From the sequence record PV764938.1: 64,000 nt of DNA; one strand, 5' to 3'. The position numbers were made by a program, and so were the translations under genes. Of the stretch, positions 20,135-29,950 are shown piece by piece; position 1 is the stretch's first letter, and each line of letters starts with the position of its first letter. Under the pieces are notes generated by a model. The model searched no databases and was not told the DNA's origin. It was given only the letters and a program-made list of their open reading frames with translations.

Positions 20135-20848
20135 ATGAAAACCACGAAAGATATCATTTTCGAAACCCTGCTGTTGGAAGCAGAAGCAAAGGTCAAGAAG
20201 CTCGTCAAGAAGGGCAAGCCTCGTAAGGAAGCCGCCGAGAAGGTGGCCGAGGATATGGGCCTGGACGGTGCTGAGACCGATGAACTCGTCGCTCGTGTCG
20301 ATGCTGCCCCAGTCGCAGCAATGCCAGCCCCAGCGGATCTTGCGCCGGACGCAAACGTTATCAATTTCAAGAGCCCTGAGGAAGTCGAACAAGCCTCGGG
20401 TATGCTCATGTATAAGAACATTCCTTGGCGCATGAAGAGCATCAATCCGGGCTTCCTGAGCTTTGATTCCGAACAGGCTCTTATGGAAGCCAAGGATGCA
20501 CTGAAGCGTCGTTGGGATTTCCTAGAAGATCAGAACCGCACAGTTGCAACCATCGAGTTCGATAACCTCGATGAATACAACAAGGTCCTGGACTTCATTC
20601 GTCGCAGCAATTTCACCGTAGTTCCGACAAGCACGGATAATCTCTCTGAGGATATCATGGACGAGCTTGCGGAGGCCGCTGGCAAGACTAAAGGCGGTCG
20701 CGCTAAAAAGATCAGCGAATCCGATATCGTCGCTAAGGGACACGCTTATAAGGCTGTGACTAAGGGTTACTCCCAGCTGAACGAGGACAACTTCTCTGCC
20801 AACAACCGAGACAATCGTGCGGTTAAGGTTAGAAAGAAGTGGAAATAA
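20135..20848 (+). CDS. Hypothetical protein
   Basis: GGAG RBS, TAAATA upstream (about 20099). Confidence 0.65.
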   Translation: MKTTKDIIFETLLLEAEAKVKKLVKKGKPRKEAAEKVAEDMGLDGAETDELVARVDAAPVAAMPAPADLAPDANVINFKSPEEVEQASGMLMYKNIPWRMKSINPGFLSFDSEQALMEAKDALKRRWDFLEDQNRTVATIEFDNLDEYNKVLDFIRRSNFTVVPTSTDNLSEDIMDELAEAAGKTKGGRAKKISESDIVAKGHAYKAVTKGYSQLNEDNFSANNRDNRAVKVRKKWK

Positions 20849-20915
20849 ATTTTGACTGTTCTGAGTTCCTGAGTGTATAAAAGTTTAATAAGCTTTTACA
20901 CAAAGGAACAAAGAA

Positions 20916-21173
20916 ATGAACATCACCGGACTCACAAGCGAAGACAAGGCAAAGCTCAAGCACGTCGTCAACGAAGGCCTGAAGGTAACTCAGGAAGTTG
21001 AAGACCTCAAGGGCGCTCTTGGCGACACCGTGAAGGCTGTTGCGGAAGAACTCGGTATCAAGCCGAGCGCCATCAATAAGGCAATCCGTGCAGCTTTCAA
21101 GGCTAACATCGCGGACACCCGCGAAGAGCTGGACAACGTTGAAGAAATCCTCAACGTCGTAGGCAAGCTCTAA
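20916..21173 (+). CDS. Small coiled-coil dsDNA-binding protein (T4 DsbA/GapR-like)
   Basis: EDLKGALGDTVKAVAEELGIKPSAINKAIRAAFK pattern; AAGGA RBS; near the polymerase. Confidence 0.5.
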   Translation: MNITGLTSEDKAKLKHVVNEGLKVTQEVEDLKGALGDTVKAVAEELGIKPSAINKAIRAAFKANIADTREELDNVEEILNVVGKL

Positions 21174-21215
21174 TAGGCAAATTATAGCGGGAGTCAAATC
21201 CCGCTATAATTTTGA

Positions 21216-21512
21216 GTGGCGCCCATGCCATACACAAAAGAACTCCTCGATAATGCTTACGGTAGAATTGTCTCGCTGAATGAGGATCTTCCTCATCGCA
21301 TCAAGCTTTCCGGATGCAAGAACATCAACGAGTTAGATGAACTCATCTACCGAGAGCGCATGGTTGCGGCTCGGTACCACGTCACAATCTATGATGGCCT
21401 GGCACGTCCAGCTTTGATCTCAAAACCCTATGCGGATAGATACTACGAGATCCGTTTTGCTAATCATGTTGATGCGGTTCGGATAAAGCTAATGATGAGA
21501 TATGAATATTGA
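21216..21512 (+). CDS. Hypothetical protein (member of the AxxFKL-terminal paralogue family)
   Basis: C-terminal FANHVDAVRIKLM. Confidence 0.5.
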   Translation: MAPMPYTKELLDNAYGRIVSLNEDLPHRIKLSGCKNINELDELIYRERMVAARYHVTIYDGLARPALISKPYADRYYEIRFANHVDAVRIKLMMRYEY

Positions 21513-21565
21513 ACGCAGGGTATTCCTGGTTTTATATTGGTAAAATAATAATAAAAGGATAGAAA

Positions 21566-24500
21566 ATGTCATACGTAGACGCGATTCACTCTAAACAAAC
21601 TGATGAAATCCACATTGTGGAGCGCATCAATGGCCAGCGCGTCTACAACGTTCTCCCAGCAAAGCACGTCTTTTACTATGAGGACCCAAGGGGTAGGCAT
21701 AAAACGATGTGGGGCGAACCTTGCACGAAGTATGAGACGAACGATAGCAAGAAATTCCAGAAGGAATTGAGAGCTTTCCAGGGTCTCGGCAAGAAGATTC
21801 ATGAGCATGATATCAACCCGATATTCAGGTGCTTGAGCGAGAACTATTTGGACGCTCCAGCCCCGGAACTCAACATCGGCTTTTTCGATATTGAGGTGGA
21901 CTTCGATCCACTCCGCGGCTACGCACCTACTAATGATCCCTTTGCGCCAATTACGGCAATTTCGCTTCACCTGTCTAGCACGTCCAGACTTGTAACATTT
22001 GTGTTGAAGCCTGAACTGCCACAGACGGACAAGGACTACCTAACTTGGGAAGCCGCTGAGGACATCGTAAACCAGTTCGACGACACGTACCTGTGTAACG
22101 ACGAGGAAGAACTGCTAAAGATGTTCCTGGATTCCATCGAGGACGCCGACGTCCTCAGCGGCTGGAACTCCACCGGTTTCGATATTCCCTACGTGGTGAA
22201 CCGCATTGAGCGAGTTCTCGGTAAGGATTATGCGAAGCGTATGTGCTTGTGGGGAATGCGACCAAAGAAGCGTAAGTACATCAAGTTCAAAAAGGAACAC
22301 GAGACATACGACTTGGTCGGTCGAGTGCATCTGGACTATCTGGAACTCTTCCAGAAGCATTCTAGTGCGGAACTTCACTCGTATAAACTGGATCACGTTG
22401 GTGAGGTTATTGTTGGCGAAAACAAAACCCCATATGAGGGCACATTGGACGCGCTCTACAAGCGGGACTTCAAGACGTTTATCGAGTATAACCGCCAGGA
22501 CACCTTGCTGCTCGTGAAGATCGACGCAAAGTGCCGATACATCGAACTGGCTAATCAGCTCGCCCACACCAACAGCGTTCTGCTTCCGACCACAATGGGT
22601 TCGGTTGCGCTTATCGAACAGGCTATCGTAAACGAAACATGGTCCCTGGGTATGCAGGTCATGTCTCGTCCGGAACGTGATTTCGGTTCCTCGTATGATT
22701 CAGGAAGCTTTGTCCACGACGACGAAGATGATGAAGAAGAGGACGATGACGACGGCGATAACAACGCTGTTGGTGCTTACGTGGCAGACCCCAAGAAGGG
22801 TATGCACAAGATGATTGGTTGCGTTGACATCAACTCACTGTATCCGTCCGCATTGCGTGCGCTGAACATGGGTCCTGAAACTCTGGTAGGTCAGATTCGA
22901 TCTGACCGAACTGACCAGCTTATTGCTTCGCGCATGGCTGCATCGGTTGCCGGTAAGAAGAAGGCAAAGGGTTCGAAAACGGATGCCTGGCACGGATTGT
23001 TTGCGAGTATTGAATACTCGTTGATGAACGAGAAAGCGCCGGATCGGTTGACGGTGGATTTCGAAGGTGGTGAAACGGCAACAGTTTCGGGTAAGGACCT
23101 GCACACCTACATTTTCGAATCAGATAAGGCCTACGCGATCTCCGCAAACGGTACGATCTTCCGAACAGATGTGAAGGCGATTATTCCGGGTCTGCTTGAG
23201 CGTTGGTATGCTGAGCGTAAACAGATGCAGGCAAAGCAGCTTCACTTCGAAGCCCTGTATAAGGGTGTGGAAATCCCCGGAGATATGATTCCTGAAATCG
23301 GAGTCATCGAGGAACGTCCCACAAACGACTTCCAGTCAGAGTATGCTCACGCTACGCTGGTAGAGCTGGTTGAAGCTAACGATGCTTCTGGAGTTCGGGA
23401 ATTCCTAGTTGAGAATAACCTGGTCATCGTGAAGGGTTGGGCAAAAGCAACCAAACCCGTAAATGAGTGGCACGATTCTCAGCGTGCATTCTGGGGCCAG
23501 CGCCAGCTCGCGCGTAAGATTCTGTTGAACTCCCTATATGGTGCGTTGCTCAACGAGGGTTGCCGATTCTACGATAAGCGTATTGGTCAGTCAGTAACGT
23601 TGACGGGCCGAAGCATTGCCAAGCACATGAATTCGAAGGTTAACGAGTGTATTACTGGTGAATACAAGTATGATGGCGAAGGTATTGTTTACGCTGATAC
23701 TGACTCCAGCTATTTCTCCGCTTATTCGACTTTGATTGCTGATCCGGAAACTGCGGCTCTCGCGGATGATAAGGACTCGATGCTTGCACTATACTTGAGC
23801 ATCGGCGATACAGTGAACGAATCGTTCCCGTATTTCATGAACGAAGCCTTCAATACGGGAATGGAGCGCGGCAAAATTATTGCTGCGGGTCTCGAGCTTG
23901 TTTCGCAGACTGGTATGTTCATCAAGAAGAAGCGTTACGCGGTTCTCAAATTCTGGGATGAATCCTCCGGTCGTTTGGACATTGAAAAGCCCGGTAAGAT
24001 CAAGGCAATGGGTCTCGATCTGAAACGCGCTGATACACCGAAGTTCATGCAGGACTTCCTCAGCAAGATCCTTTTGGAGATTCTGACTGGCGTTTCTGAG
24101 GAACACATTCTGAACGAAATCAAGGAGTTCCGTAACGAGTTCCGTAAGATGGAACCTTGGGATCAGGGAACACCGAAGAAGGTGAATGGTCTCACCGTCC
24201 ATCAGGAAAAGATGGATGCCTTCGACATGCGAATGGAACGCAATGTGTTTGGGAACCGCAGTGTTGAGAAGGAAAAGAAGGATCCTGTTCCGGGTCACGT
24301 CCGAGCAAGTATCAACTGGAACCGAATGAAAAAGGCAAACGGAGACAATTACTCAAGTGATATCACCGACGGCGGTAAAGTAATCGTCTGCAAGTTGCTT
24401 CCGAATCCAATGCGGATCAACAGCATTGCTTACCCTTACGACCAGCGCCACTTGCCGGAATGGTTCAAGGCATTGCCCTTTGACACTGAACTAATGGAAG

Positions 24501-24604
24501 AGACTATCATCGACAAAAAGGTTAACAACCTGATTGGCGTTTTGAAGTGGGACCTGAAGGCAACCCGTGAGGACACAACTTTCAATGACCTATTCACATT
24601 CTGA
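21566..24604 (+). CDS. Family B DNA polymerase (T4 gp43-like) with 3'-5' exonuclease
   Basis: Exo DIEVD, WNSTGFDIPY, YNRQD; pol DINSLYPS, KILLNSLYG, YADTDS, KKKRYA. Confidence 0.96.
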   Translation: MSYVDAIHSKQTDEIHIVERINGQRVYNVLPAKHVFYYEDPRGRHKTMWGEPCTKYETNDSKKFQKELRAFQGLGKKIHEHDINPIFRCLSENYLDAPAPELNIGFFDIEVDFDPLRGYAPTNDPFAPITAISLHLSSTSRLVTFVLKPELPQTDKDYLTWEAAEDIVNQFDDTYLCNDEEELLKMFLDSIEDADVLSGWNSTGFDIPYVVNRIERVLGKDYAKRMCLWGMRPKKRKYIKFKKEHETYDLVGRVHLDYLELFQKHSSAELHSYKLDHVGEVIVGENKTPYEGTLDALYKRDFKTFIEYNRQDTLLLVKIDAKCRYIELANQLAHTNSVLLPTTMGSVALIEQAIVNETWSLGMQVMSRPERDFGSSYDSGSFVHDDEDDEEEDDDDGDNNAVGAYVADPKKGMHKMIGCVDINSLYPSALRALNMGPETLVGQIRSDRTDQLIASRMAASVAGKKKAKGSKTDAWHGLFASIEYSLMNEKAPDRLTVDFEGGETATVSGKDLHTYIFESDKAYAISANGTIFRTDVKAIIPGLLERWYAERKQMQAKQLHFEALYKGVEIPGDMIPEIGVIEERPTNDFQSEYAHATLVELVEANDASGVREFLVENNLVIVKGWAKATKPVNEWHDSQRAFWGQRQLARKILLNSLYGALLNEGCRFYDKRIGQSVTLTGRSIAKHMNSKVNECITGEYKYDGEGIVYADTDSSYFSAYSTLIADPETAALADDKDSMLALYLSIGDTVNESFPYFMNEAFNTGMERGKIIAAGLELVSQTGMFIKKKRYAVLKFWDESSGRLDIEKPGKIKAMGLDLKRADTPKFMQDFLSKILLEILTGVSEEHILNEIKEFRNEFRKMEPWDQGTPKKVNGLTVHQEKMDAFDMRMERNVFGNRSVEKEKKDPVPGHVRASINWNRMKKANGDNYSSDITDGGKVIVCKLLPNPMRINSIAYPYDQRHLPEWFKALPFDTELMEETIIDKKVNNLIGVLKWDLKATREDTTFNDLFTF

Positions 24605-24614
24605 GGAAATTAAA

Positions 24615-24896
24615 ATGCTCCGCGTCGTACTGACCAAAACTGATTCCTTCCCAACTCGTGAAGAGCTCTGTACGAGCGAACGCGCTGTTGGTGAGAAATT
24701 CTTTGAGGATATTGAGCTGGATTGGGCCGGCTACATTGTTCTCGATGATATGTTCAATCTGTCCGCACAGTGGCTCGCACGTATTGAGGATCAGGAAGCG
24801 ATCCTCAATCGTGTCGACCATCTGGAACTTGTCGATCACAAGATCAACGTCTTTGTGGTCGATGAGGAAGAGACAGAAGAGTTAATGTTGATTTAA
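24615..24896 (+). CDS. Hypothetical acidic protein
   Basis: GAGG RBS. Confidence 0.55.
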   Translation: MLRVVLTKTDSFPTREELCTSERAVGEKFFEDIELDWAGYIVLDDMFNLSAQWLARIEDQEAILNRVDHLELVDHKINVFVVDEEETEELMLI

Positions 24897-24901
24897 AAAT
24901 A

Positions 24902-24930
24902 TTGACGTCCGTTAACTCAGAGTTTAGATT
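24902..24930 (+). promoter_or_regulatory. Sigma70-like promoter with an AACTCAGAGTT palindrome in the spacer
   Basis: TTGACG-17 nt-TAGATT; palindrome 24914-24924. Confidence 0.6.
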
Positions 24931-24967
24931 ACAGATATAACAATAAGAACAAGAGGATAACTCCTAC

Positions 24968-25708
24968 ATGCGTGAAAAACTACTCGACGTTATCAAGCAC
25001 ACAAGCGGCCTGGGATTTGTTGAATCCGTCCGCGTAACTGGTACCGACACCAGCACCGTGTTTGAAGCAATGGATGACGAGCGCACCATCATCATCCGCG
25101 CAGAACTGAAGCAGCCTGAGCCTTCGCTCAAGGGCGAGTTCGGTATGCGTAACCTGGGCCTGCTCCAGGGTCTGCTGAACCACTCCACGTTCAAGACGGA
25201 CGAAGCAAAGCTTGAAATCAAGCGCAAGGAACGCAACGGTGTTGACGCTCCGGAACAGCTTGAGTTTTCCGTCAAGGGCGCAAAGGACAAGGCAGATTTC
25301 CGTTTCATGAGTGCATCGCTTCTGCCGGCTCAGGCACAGCTCAAGCACAACACCTGGGACGTTACGGTTGATCCGACCGACTCCAAGATCCAGGAATTCG
25401 CTTCGCTCGCAGGCATGTACTCGAGCATTGAGCAGTTCTTCTCCGTTGCTACGGAAGATGGCGCTCTGCAGTTCCAGATTGGTGACCCGAACGGTTCTAA
25501 CCACTCCGCAAGCATGACTTTTGCTGACGCGGTAACTGGCGAAATCAAGACCAGCATGTTCTGGCCGATCAACCAGGTTCTCACTGTACTCAAGGTCGGC
25601 AAGGGTGAAAACCCACAGTTGCAGATCATGAATCTCGGCGCCCTGCGTATTAACCTGGAAACCGAACACGCGAAGTACAGCATGATTCTTCCTGCTCGTA
25701 AGAAGTAA
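24968..25708 (+). CDS. Putative DNA polymerase sliding clamp (gp45-like)
   Basis: 246 aa, clamp-like alternating beta/alpha pattern, GEFGMRNLGLLQGLL, position after the polymerase. Confidence 0.6.
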   Translation: MREKLLDVIKHTSGLGFVESVRVTGTDTSTVFEAMDDERTIIIRAELKQPEPSLKGEFGMRNLGLLQGLLNHSTFKTDEAKLEIKRKERNGVDAPEQLEFSVKGAKDKADFRFMSASLLPAQAQLKHNTWDVTVDPTDSKIQEFASLAGMYSSIEQFFSVATEDGALQFQIGDPNGSNHSASMTFADAVTGEIKTSMFWPINQVLTVLKVGKGENPQLQIMNLGALRINLETEHAKYSMILPARKK

Positions 25709-25814
25709 GGAAGTAACTCGGCCCGCAACCCATGTAAAGGCGGTGATTCTCATCTCAAATTGGGCCGATAGATGGCTACCCTTGTGGTAGCCATCTCCAT
25801 ATCCGGAGGCGCGT

Positions 25815-26348
25815 ATGAATATTCGCACTGCAAATATACCAATCAAACAATTTCGGCTTTCCGAGCTAGAGGAACTCTGGCTCATGATCTGCTTTGAAAT
25901 CAATAGGTATTCCGGAAACCACGACTTTGAATTTCGCCGTGATTTCCTCGATAAGCTGAACTTCCCAGACGAAACACCGTTCCAACGTATTCGTGCAAAT
26001 GGCGTGACCTCAAACATCGTCACGGATGCTCTGTATTCGTCCAATATTGGATTCTATCGAAGGCTCCACGACACGATTATCGATACGATTTTTTACTTGG
26101 ACAATCGTATGCACGAAGTCTCCATTAAGGAACTCGAAGACATATATGGAGTCGGATCCCTGCACGCGCGAATGTATCACCACCGCGTGCGACCCTACGA
26201 GGACCCAATTGTCCAGCAGACCGCGATCCTCAATAAGGCGAATCGCAACTGGCTCCGTGAGCAAGGATTCTACGTACCGAATCGTATGGATTGGCGTGAG
26301 TATCGGCAATACGAACAAACGTTTCTGATTGCTCGTGGTTTCATTTAG
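25815..26348 (+). CDS. Hypothetical protein
   Basis: GGAGG RBS; ends in TAG. Confidence 0.55.
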   Translation: MNIRTANIPIKQFRLSELEELWLMICFEINRYSGNHDFEFRRDFLDKLNFPDETPFQRIRANGVTSNIVTDALYSSNIGFYRRLHDTIIDTIFYLDNRMHEVSIKELEDIYGVGSLHARMYHHRVRPYEDPIVQQTAILNKANRNWLREQGFYVPNRMDWREYRQYEQTFLIARGFI

Positions 26349-26359
26349 GAACAAACAAA

Positions 26360-26388
26360 TTGAGTTTCCAACTCAGAGTTAGTAGAAT
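26360..26388 (+). promoter_or_regulatory. Sigma70-like promoter with an AACTCAGAGTT palindrome
   Basis: TTGAGT-17 nt-TAGAAT; palindrome 26370-26380; upstream of queD. Confidence 0.6.
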
Positions 26389-26418
26389 GCTAACATATTC
26401 AAATAACAGGAGTTTTTA

Positions 26419-26802
26419 ATGCTTCAAGAATCAACGATCTGGGTCACATTCAGTAAGGAAGGTCTGCACAAGTATCCGGCCGCTCTTGATGATCCAAATC
26501 TCGCAACTGGTGATGAGTACGACGTTAGCTTTTTGGGTTACATCCATCGTCACATCTTTGGCTTCAAGGTAGAAATTCAGGTATTCCACGACGATCGTGA
26601 TATCGAGTTTATCCAGTTCAAGCGTTGGCTGCAAAGCCTCTATGAGGGCGAACTCAAGCTGGACTTCAAGTCCTGTGAGATGATTGCAACGGATCTCTAC
26701 AAGCAGATTCAGGCTCGTTATCCGGGTCGTGTAACGACAATCACAGTCGACGAAGACGGCGAGAACGGCGCAACGCTGAAGTTCTCGGGAGCGGCGCTTT
26801 GA
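26419..26802 (+). CDS. queD: QueD-like 6-carboxytetrahydropterin synthase (T-fold)
   Basis: GLHKYP, HRHIF, DDRDIEFIQFK, SCEMIA; clustered with folE and queE. Confidence 0.75.
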   Translation: MLQESTIWVTFSKEGLHKYPAALDDPNLATGDEYDVSFLGYIHRHIFGFKVEIQVFHDDRDIEFIQFKRWLQSLYEGELKLDFKSCEMIATDLYKQIQARYPGRVTTITVDEDGENGATLKFSGAAL

Positions 26803-27890
26803 ACATTTTCATTATGGCATTGGAGCCACTGGAAACCCGTTACACCGGGCAGTGGTTCAACGGAATTCCAAAGCTTCTCAAGGATGCTGCGGAATCCTCA
26901 AACAAGAAGGCTACAATCCATAATGTGGCCGGCGAACAGACTGCGACGAAGGTCACCGAAGGCGCATTCCTGAATTTCACGGCCACTAATATCTGGAAGA
27001 ACACCCAGATCAACAAGCTGGCTAATTGGTTTTCCGATGGCACGGTAAAGCCTGGGGATAAGATCCTCTTCACGGATGCCTGGCACACCGGTGTTATCCA
27101 AGCCAAGTACATGAGCGAACTCACGGACATTCCCGTAGAGATTCACAGCATGTGGCACGCTGGTTCTTATGATCCCCAAGACTTCTTGGGTCGTAAGATC
27201 GTCGACAAGCGTTGGACTTACTCGGTAGAACGTTCCTATTTCTTTGCGTCGGATTTCAATTACTTCGCAACGGAATTCCACAAGGAACTCTTCTTGGAGA
27301 AACTCTTCCGCGCACAGGTTCCCACTGATGGTCTGTTCTTGCAGCCTGAGGATTCCAAGTTCGTTATTTCGGGTCAGCCCCACAACGAACTCGTTGAAAA
27401 GCTCCAGCCTTTCCGCAATCTCGAGAAGCGCAATCTCGTATTGTTCCCGCACCGTGTTGCACCGGAAAAGCAACCCGAGATCTTTAGGGATCTGGCCCAG
27501 CATATGCCGGACGTTGAGTTCGTAATCTGCCAGGAACAGAATCTCACAAAGGACGAATATCATCGTCTGCTTGGTGAGGCGAAGATCGTGTTCAGCGCGA
27601 ACCTGCAGGAAACCCTGGGAATCTCCGCGATGGAAGGTGTACTCGTTGACACACTTCCGATGGTTCCAGATCGCCTCAGCTACTCGGAAATGTACTACGA
27701 CGCGTTCCTGTATCCGAGCGCGTGGACGGAGTCCTGGGACTCTTACGTTGCGAATCGCGCACAAGTTATCAATTGGATCCGCGATCTGCTGGAGAACCCA
27801 CTTCGTGGAGCAATCCTTCCAATGCAGCGTGCAAAGCTACTCGAAGAGTTCCTGAGTGCCGGTCCAATGATTGATAAGTTGCTAGGATAA
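26799..27890 (+). CDS. GT-B (GT4-like) glycosyltransferase, GTDC1/QTMAN-like
   Basis: FPHRVAPEKQPE and ETLGISAMEG (E-x7-E) motifs; overlaps the queD stop. Confidence 0.8.
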   Translation: MNIFIMALEPLETRYTGQWFNGIPKLLKDAAESSNKKATIHNVAGEQTATKVTEGAFLNFTATNIWKNTQINKLANWFSDGTVKPGDKILFTDAWHTGVIQAKYMSELTDIPVEIHSMWHAGSYDPQDFLGRKIVDKRWTYSVERSYFFASDFNYFATEFHKELFLEKLFRAQVPTDGLFLQPEDSKFVISGQPHNELVEKLQPFRNLEKRNLVLFPHRVAPEKQPEIFRDLAQHMPDVEFVICQEQNLTKDEYHRLLGEAKIVFSANLQETLGISAMEGVLVDTLPMVPDRLSYSEMYYDAFLYPSAWTESWDSYVANRAQVINWIRDLLENPLRGAILPMQRAKLLEEFLSAGPMIDKLLG

Positions 27891-27947
27891 TCTGGTTAAT
27901 ACCCCACGGCAATAAGTAGTTGTGGGGTATTCAACCAAGAGGTCATT

Positions 27948-28316
27948 ATGGCAACGTCATTGAAAATAAACGATGCTTTCCGGAACAAGCATATTCCGGA
28001 AAGATTTTTGAATTCACTATCGCAGTCATCGCTGGATATGTTCGAGAATCAAGTCTGCGTTTGCCTCTTGGCTACGCATGATGGATATTCGGCAAAGTAC
28101 GAAGTCGAAGATGAGATTCGTGCCGTTTTTATGGCACGGCTCGACACATGGATTAGAGAGTTTGCAACAGTTGGAACATGGTCCGTTGTGAGTCATGGAA
28201 CCAATGTCGATGCAAACGGAAACCATCAATGCATCTTGGGATTCATCTTTGCCAATTTTGCAGATTCGGAAAACTTTCTGAAGCATTTCCTGATAGTTGA
28301 GAAACTCAAGAGTTAA
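27948..28316 (+). CDS. Hypothetical protein
   Basis: GAGGT RBS; preceded by an inverted repeat at about 27893-27935. Confidence 0.55.
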   Translation: MATSLKINDAFRNKHIPERFLNSLSQSSLDMFENQVCVCLLATHDGYSAKYEVEDEIRAVFMARLDTWIREFATVGTWSVVSHGTNVDANGNHQCILGFIFANFADSENFLKHFLIVEKLKS

Positions 28317-28325
28317 CACCAGATA

Positions 28326-28355
28326 TTGACAACTCAGAGTGTTTCTAAATATACT
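28326..28355 (+). promoter_or_regulatory. Sigma70-like promoter with an ACTCAGAGT palindrome (also contains TAAATA)
   Basis: TTGACA-18 nt-TATACT; palindrome 28332-28340; upstream of folE. Confidence 0.6.
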
Positions 28356-28413
28356 GTGGACATAAAACGCTCCCACAAATAACAACAAAAACAATAACTT
28401 AGGAGTTATATTA

Positions 28414-29142
28414 ATGGAAAATGAAGTCAAACTTACCAGCGGTGCTGGGCAAGAGACGAAGCCGGTTAGCGAAGTCATCAAGGGTCGTATCAAGGCCGCG
28501 AATGCAAGCTTTTTCAGCAACGACAACATCAGCGCATTCATCCAGCCGGGTGAAAAGGAAAAGCTCATCGACGAGCTGACCACAAAGTTCGAAGGTGTTC
28601 TGGAATCTCTCGTCATCGATATCGAGAATGATCCAAACAGCGCGGACACAGGTCGTCGTCTCGCAAAGATGTATGTAAGGGAACTCTTCGAGGGCCGTTA
28701 CGCAAATGCTCCATCCGCTACGGCATTTCCAAATGAGGGCGATGCGAAATACGAGGGAATGCTCGTGGTTCGCTCCGAACTCAAGTCGGTTTGCTCTCAC
28801 CATCACCAACCAGTGACTGGTACCGCTTACATTGGTATCATCCCCGGAAAGAAAGTGATTGGTCTCTCCAAGTACACCCGTATCGCACAGTGGCACGCTC
28901 GTCGTGGAACTCTCCAAGAAGAACTCTGCCAGCGTATCCAGAAGGATATTGCAGCGATTACGGAAACTCCAAACGTTGCCGTATACATTGTGGCTTCGCA
29001 CGGTTGCTGCGAAAACCGCGGTATCATGGCAAAGAACTCCAAGACCCAAACAACGGTTCTCGGTGGTGACTTCAAGCGTTCTGACTTGAAGCAGGAATTC
29101 TTCGACAACATCAAGCTACAGAGCAACTTCAGCTGTGAGTAA
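28414..29142 (+). CDS. folE: GTP cyclohydrolase I
   Basis: DTGRRLAKMY, SVCSHHHQP, GLSKYTRI, LQEEL, HGCCENRG. Confidence 0.93.
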   Translation: MENEVKLTSGAGQETKPVSEVIKGRIKAANASFFSNDNISAFIQPGEKEKLIDELTTKFEGVLESLVIDIENDPNSADTGRRLAKMYVRELFEGRYANAPSATAFPNEGDAKYEGMLVVRSELKSVCSHHHQPVTGTAYIGIIPGKKVIGLSKYTRIAQWHARRGTLQEELCQRIQKDIAAITETPNVAVYIVASHGCCENRGIMAKNSKTQTTVLGGDFKRSDLKQEFFDNIKLQSNFSCE

Positions 29143-29500
29143 TTTGATCCTTCTCAGGGACCGTGTCGACTATACGGTGCAAAATCTGCTCATATCCAAA
29201 TACGAGCATATGTTGCAGCACATCCTAAAATATCATACCCTGTGTATGAGGGATGATGTTTTCGCGGTCCTTGCGTTGGTCTATGATTCCGTTTGTGAGG
29301 AACATTACTTGGCGAACATTAAAAAGTTCGTCGCCTATGCAAAGCTGGTAGCTCCCCAGGTTTTGGAAATCTACGAGATTCAAAACTACATTGATACAAT
29401 GCGTGGTTTGTTCGGCTCCGAATATTACCTGCATTTCTCACTCAGGGATCTACACGAACGCAAATATGCGCTGGAAAAAGAATGCGATGAGTACGCCTGA
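29135..29500 (+). CDS. Hypothetical helical protein
   Basis: ORF overlapping both neighbours. Confidence 0.5.
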   Translation: MSNLILLRDRVDYTVQNLLISKYEHMLQHILKYHTLCMRDDVFAVLALVYDSVCEEHYLANIKKFVAYAKLVAPQVLEIYEIQNYIDTMRGLFGSEYYLHFSLRDLHERKYALEKECDEYA

Positions 29501-29894
29501 CATATCCTTCTACTATTCGGATCCGTCCGAAGCTCATCACAATGCGTATCGTGAATTCAAAGATGCTGATGCGCCCGACTTCGTTGATTCCCAACTGTTC
29601 AAGGATCTCTCCACTACGGAGTTTGTCCAATTGAATGAGGAATGGGACGAAGTTCTTGGAACCAAAACGTGCAATCTCGACGTTCGTGGTCAGGTCTTCC
29701 AACTACTTGAGGCCGACTACAACTATTTGCTTCGTTGGTTCCACAATGAGCATCGCAAGGCAAACACACGGCATGGTACCTACATCATGCTGTATTTGAC
29801 CGAATCCGGTTATGCCTGGAAGCTCAGTGATTGGTTTTTCACGCGCCTTCTCACAATTCCCGACAACCTCAACGATCTCTTTGATTTTGGTTAA
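29487..29894 (+). CDS. Hypothetical protein
   Basis: ATG 29487 overlapping the previous gene end. Confidence 0.55.
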   Translation: MSTPDISFYYSDPSEAHHNAYREFKDADAPDFVDSQLFKDLSTTEFVQLNEEWDEVLGTKTCNLDVRGQVFQLLEADYNYLLRWFHNEHRKANTRHGTYIMLYLTESGYAWKLSDWFFTRLLTIPDNLNDLFDFG

Positions 29895-29950
29895 GAATAT
29901 TGAATTTTTAGGAAAGGATGTCATACCATCGGAGAAAATAGAGGTATGAC

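Noticed and set aside
25718-25795. Possible preQ1/queuosine riboswitch upstream of the que cluster
   Set aside because: Two hairpins (TCGGCCC/GGGCCGA, GATGGCTACC/GGTAGCCATC) but no recognisable preQ1 consensus or A-rich tail; more likely terminator or stability elements.
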